64,000 nt of DNA, taken from Gammaproteobacteria bacterium (GTDB taxonomy: Bacteria > Pseudomonadota > Gammaproteobacteria > GCA-001735895). The DNA lies in the NCBI GenBank assembly GCA_050298595.1, contig JBNKUM010000008.1, positions 1-64,000 on the forward strand, written 5' to 3'. This document shows, piece after piece, positions 60,105-64,000 of this stretch. The translations under genes were made by a program, and so were the position numbers. How positions within the stretch are numbered: position 1 is the stretch's first letter; the number at the start of each line of letters is the position of its first letter. The notes below the pieces were generated by a model that searched no databases, was not told the DNA's origin, and worked only from the letters and a program-made list of their open reading frames with translations.

Positions 60105-60156
60105 ATGAAAAACTCCTTAAATGGGGAGAAGCTGTATCCAGCTTCTCCGGATTAAA

Positions 60157-61296
60157 TTAATAGGCTGAGAAACGGTCATTCATTTCATCTACAGATAAAC
60201 GTCCCCACATCTTGTAATAATTCCACACTGTATAACTCAAAACGATAGGCAGAAAGATTACCGTGGCCCAGAACATCACGGACAATGTCAAATGGCTAGA
60301 ACTGGCATCCCAGATGGTGAAACTATGATCAGGATGAGTACTGGAAGGCATCACGAAGGGAAATAGAGAGACCCCTGCTGTCATGATGACACCGGTAATA
60401 CCCAGTGAACTGCTAAAAAAACCTGCCCCAGGTCGATCAGCACGCGACATGAGAATCGTACCCAGCATGCCAAGAAAACCTAAGGCCGGAAAAGCCATAG
60501 TCACTGGGTATGTTTTATAGTTGTTCAACCAGGCTCCACTGCTAATTTCAACGGTTTTCGCCAGAGGATTAGGTAAGGCATCTAACGCAGGTTGCGAAAT
60601 GATCTTATAACCATCTATCCCCATCACCAACCAAACGCCAGCTGCAGCAAAAGCAAGTATGGCTACTATTCCGGTATAAGTAATCCACGTTTTTATACGC
60701 TCGGAGATCTCACCACTGGTACGCATCTGAATCCACATGCCACCATGCATGGTAAGTAAAGAAAAACTCAACACCCCTGCAACCAGAGCAAATGGATTTA
60801 ACAAGGCCCAAAAGGAACCCGTATAGAAGGGGCGGAGCAATTCATCCAGATAAAATGGAACACCCAGAATCAGGTTGCCAAATGCAACACCAAAAACTAA
60901 GGAAGGAACCGCACCACCCGCAAACAGCCCCCAGTCCCAGGCTTTACGCCAGCGTTCATCACCGAGCTTACTACGATAATCAAATCCTACCGGGCGAAAG
61001 AACAACGCGAATAACACCAATAACATGGCGAAGTAAAAGCCTGAGAACGCCGCGGCATAAACCGCAGGCCATGCCGCAAAGATAGCGCCACCAGCGGTAA
61101 TTAACCAAACCTGATTACCATCCCAATGAGGGCCAACGGTATTGATCATAACACGACGTTCATCATCGGTTTTACCTACAAAAGGCAGCAGATTACCTAC
61201 TCCCATATCCATACCGTCGGTAATTGCAAAGCCTATCAACAACACGCCAACAAATAACCACCAGATCATTTTTAATATTTCGTAATCAAAAATCAT
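60157..61296 (-). CDS. cydB: Cytochrome bd ubiquinol oxidase subunit II
   Basis: DGMDMGVG, PHWDGNQVW, RPVGFDYRSK. Confidence 0.96.
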   Translation of the reverse strand: MIFDYEILKMIWWLFVGVLLIGFAITDGMDMGVGNLLPFVGKTDDERRVMINTVGPHWDGNQVWLITAGGAIFAAWPAVYAAAFSGFYFAMLLVLFALFFRPVGFDYRSKLGDERWRKAWDWGLFAGGAVPSLVFGVAFGNLILGVPFYLDELLRPFYTGSFWALLNPFALVAGVLSFSLLTMHGGMWIQMRTSGEISERIKTWITYTGIVAILAFAAAGVWLVMGIDGYKIISQPALDALPNPLAKTVEISSGAWLNNYKTYPVTMAFPALGFLGMLGTILMSRADRPGAGFFSSSLGITGVIMTAGVSLFPFVMPSSTHPDHSFTIWDASSSHLTLSVMFWATVIFLPIVLSYTVWNYYKMWGRLSVDEMNDRFSAY

Positions 61297-61308
61297 GACA
61301 TTATCTCC

Positions 61309-62889
61309 TTAGGCGTGAGCTGGTTGATCTGCTTTGACAGATGCTTGTTCAAGACAGTAGCGTCCAGTCCCCAAAGAACTCGGTCCCTTTCTCGCAAAGT
61401 GGAACATTAGCCACATCTCTATTACTAACAGGAAGGTGTAAAAGGTAACAAAGCCAGCAATGCTGATCATCAAATCAGTAGCGGTCAGGCTAGAAGTGGC
61501 AAGAAAAGTTGGCAGTACCTCACCAATTGCCCAGGGTTGTCTACCTGATTCAGCGATGAACCAACCCGTTTCTATAGCAATCCATGGCAATGGAATACTG
61601 TACAGGGCTATTCTTAACAACCAACGTTTTTGCTCAATAACGCGCCTGGCGTTGTAATAAAAGGCGAGCACAAAGATAAGTAGCATGGCAAACCCTGCGG
61701 CCACCATGATACGGAAGGTCCAGAACAATGGTGCAACCTGGGGTATACTGGCTTTAGCCGCCAGCTTGATCTGTTCTTCAGTCGCATCAACCACATCTGG
61801 CGTATAAGCCTTAAGCAACAAACCGTATCCAAGGTCGCCCTTATACTTCTCAAAGTTTCTTATATTTTCCTCAGTTTCATTACCATTACGCAATTTAACC
61901 AGATATTCATAGGCGACTTTACCTCGACGAACTCTCTCTTCATTCATCTTGACAATATCTTTCAAACCGGTAACTTCTTCATCAACGGAACGTGTTGCAA
62001 TCAAACCCATGACCCAGGGAATTTTGACTGCAGCGTCTGTTTTCTGAGATGCCTGGTCTGGTAAACCAAATAGTGTAAAACCAGCAGGCGCTTCGTGTGT
62101 TTCCCACTCTGATTCAATCGCTGCCAGTTTTACTCTTTGCACATCACCCAGTTCATAACCAGATTCATCACCCAACACTATAACCGAGCAGATCGAAGCC
62201 AGGCCAAATCCCGCAGCGATTGCAAAGGATCTTTTCGCAAAAGCGATATCACGCCCTTTCAACAGATAGTATGAAGAAATACCCAATACAAACATGGCCC
62301 CTGCAACGTAACCGGCACTTGCAGTATGAATAAATTTAACCTGTGCGACTGGATTGAATAAAACATCCGCAAAACTCGTCATTTCCATACGCATGGTTTG
62401 ATAATTGAATTCTGAGCCCACTGGATTTTGCATCCAGCCATTCGCAACCAATATCCATAAAGCTGATAAATTAGTACCGAGAGCTGTCAAAAAGGTTACT
62501 AGCAGATGCTGACGTTTTGATAAGCGTTCCCAGCCTAGAAAAAACATTCCTATAAAGGTCGATTCGAGGAAAAAAGCCATCAACCCTTCGATAGCAAGTG
62601 GCGCACCAAACACGTCACCGACATAGTGCGAGTAATAAGCCCAGTTGGTACCGAACTCAAACTCCATGGTTAATCCGGTAGTAACACCAAGGGCAAAGTT
62701 GATACCAAACAACTTACCCCAAAATTTGGTCATGTCGCGGTATATTTCTTTCCCGGTCATTACATATACCGACTCCATAATAACCAGTATCCAGGTCATA
62801 CCCAGAGTCAACGGAACAAACAAAAAATGATACAACGCGGTAACTGCAAACTGCCATCGCGACAGTTCAATCATGGCTGGATCTAACAT
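61309..62889 (-). CDS. cydA: Cytochrome bd ubiquinol oxidase subunit I
   Basis: [25 protein letters not shown], long Q-loop. Confidence 0.96.
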   Translation of the reverse strand: MLDPAMIELSRWQFAVTALYHFLFVPLTLGMTWILVIMESVYVMTGKEIYRDMTKFWGKLFGINFALGVTTGLTMEFEFGTNWAYYSHYVGDVFGAPLAIEGLMAFFLESTFIGMFFLGWERLSKRQHLLVTFLTALGTNLSALWILVANGWMQNPVGSEFNYQTMRMEMTSFADVLFNPVAQVKFIHTASAGYVAGAMFVLGISSYYLLKGRDIAFAKRSFAIAAGFGLASICSVIVLGDESGYELGDVQRVKLAAIESEWETHEAPAGFTLFGLPDQASQKTDAAVKIPWVMGLIATRSVDEEVTGLKDIVKMNEERVRRGKVAYEYLVKLRNGNETEENIRNFEKYKGDLGYGLLLKAYTPDVVDATEEQIKLAAKASIPQVAPLFWTFRIMVAAGFAMLLIFVLAFYYNARRVIEQKRWLLRIALYSIPLPWIAIETGWFIAESGRQPWAIGEVLPTFLATSSLTATDLMISIAGFVTFYTFLLVIEMWLMFHFARKGPSSLGTGRYCLEQASVKADQPAHA

Positions 62890-62989
62890 TTTAACAAACT
62901 CCCAAATTAAAAAAAATCTTTACACCCTTAGCCTAACTCTATTTCTACTTTCTATTTTTAGATTGATAGATATAGACCTAATTATCAAT

Positions 62990-63004
62990 GCGACAAAATG
63001 CCGC
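62990..63004 (-). promoter_or_regulatory. RegA/PrrA/RoxR-like box upstream of cydA
   Basis: GCGGC-atttt-GTCGC on the minus strand. Confidence 0.6.
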
Positions 63005-63021
63005 TCCTGATAATTAGAAGT

Positions 63022-63372
63022 TTAAACAGGTAGATGGACATGCGGTTGAGCCTGTGCTAATGGAAGGCCTTCGATGATTCGTTTTACTGCATACGAAGGG
63101 TCTGTCTCTGAGGTCGCTATTACCTTAACACCACGAGAATTCAACTTTCTAATAAAGCCTTCTCCACAGCTACCAGTTATTAGCACATCCAGATCATCTA
63201 ACGGGTGAGGACCACCGGAGAATTCATGCATAGATTGATCTTTTGGCAAATCGATACGTTGACTTTCATACCACTCACCTTGAGGTGATTCCGAAAAAAC
63301 CAGAAAGCGCCTGCTCTTACCAGCATGCCCAGTTATAGTCTTAAAATTTTGACTTGTGACACCAATTTTCAT
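63022..63372 (-). CDS. NifB/NifX-family (FeMo-cofactor-binding fold) protein
   Basis: MKIGVTSQNFKTITGHAGK, DVLITGSCGEGF. Confidence 0.8.
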   Translation of the reverse strand: MKIGVTSQNFKTITGHAGKSRRFLVFSESPQGEWYESQRIDLPKDQSMHEFSGGPHPLDDLDVLITGSCGEGFIRKLNSRGVKVIATSETDPSYAVKRIIEGLPLAQAQPHVHLPV

Positions 63373-63403
63373 ACTTAGACCCCTTTAATTATTAATCACT
63401 CAA

Positions 63404-63808
63404 TTAAGCAGCAATTTCTTTTTTTACTAAACTTTTTACCCACAATCCCATCGTATCGTTTGCTAGTGCCATAGGTGCTTCCATAAATGTAACAATTAGT
63501 TTATCCACGGTTTCAGCTATACCTATAGAGCGCGGTCTGACCGCAAGCATTTCAGATTTTGGCAATTGTGTGCCAAAGCAAAATACAATATTTCTGGCAT
63601 CAATTATTTCTTCATTAACATACCCATCAGGTAAGCCTTTTGTGTGACTAAAATGATCAAATTCAGCTATAAATCTCGTCACTTTATGATCATCAATCAA
63701 TTTCTTAAAATAATTAATTACTTCCTGCGCAGATTTATATTCGGTTTCAGATTTATCGACTTCTAGCTTAAATATTGGAAATTTTTCCTGTAATAAGATT
63801 TGTTTCAT
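63404..63808 (-). CDS. Conserved hypothetical protein (DUF6858-like)
   Basis: FDHFSHTK, FCFG, LAVRPRSIG, FMEAP. Confidence 0.65.
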   Translation of the reverse strand: MKQILLQEKFPIFKLEVDKSETEYKSAQEVINYFKKLIDDHKVTRFIAEFDHFSHTKGLPDGYVNEEIIDARNIVFCFGTQLPKSEMLAVRPRSIGIAETVDKLIVTFMEAPMALANDTMGLWVKSLVKKEIAA

Positions 63809-64000
63809 TTTTACTCTCGGGTGATAAATAAATATTTAATCGTCTTGCTTACAAATATTGCCAAGTTTCGCAGCTTTTACAGTTTTGACTAATAACACAC
63901 AAACCAGAACTGATAGAAATATCAGCAGACTGAGTCCTAGATACCCGTAAAATATCTGACCTGTAATATGAGACATAACCATACTGGAAATACTTATTGC

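Noticed and set aside
131-62830. Numerous short ORFs antisense to or nested within long genes
   Set aside because: They are shadow frames of well-supported CDSs with no independent motifs.
62963-62988. FNR box upstream of cydA
   Set aside because: TTGAT and ATCAA half-sites are present but 16 nt apart rather than 4.

Overview
Gammaproteobacterial chromosome segment, probably from a marine, motile, micro-oxic sulfur-metabolising organism (inferred from gene content). The left core block (1-14.7 kb) holds a DedA-fused flavoprotein disulfide reductase, sixA, mnmH, rlmKL, a large FAD/Fe-S oxidoreductase, an MscS-family channel and a DUF1631-like protein. An accessory mosaic (about 14.7-40.2 kb) follows. 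It contains several MITEs, integron-like attC/core sites, a group II intron remnant and many pseudogenes. Its cargo includes a PEP-CTERM protein, an eCIS-effector-like protein, Crp/Fnr regulators, creatinase, c- and b-type cytochromes, cytochrome c peroxidase, a Ser/Thr kinase-deacetylase-TPR-LysM cluster, a U32 plus membrane-protein operon, a lytic transglycosylase and glgB. The right core block holds csaA, ctaA, flgBCDEF/cheV/flgAMN, a PAS-GGDEF-EAL protein, CheC-like and SoxW-like genes, and cydABX-(octaheme cytochrome, cytochrome b)-cydDC. The octaheme cytochrome gene carries an in-frame amber codon. The most notable observations are: (i) one structured CAAGGCG...YAACGC module shared by three MITEs with unrelated ends; (ii) a 48-nt GGA-hairpin module that inserts into and tandemly amplifies inside MITEs; (iii) a 2.6-kb cargo unit with IS1380-like ends and a 5-bp TSD that splits a DUF1127-like gene; (iv) a cassette-like U32 plus 4TM operon, a candidate defence system; and (v) the kinase/LysM envelope-signalling cluster. 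Family assignments come from motif recognition by eye, not from database searches.
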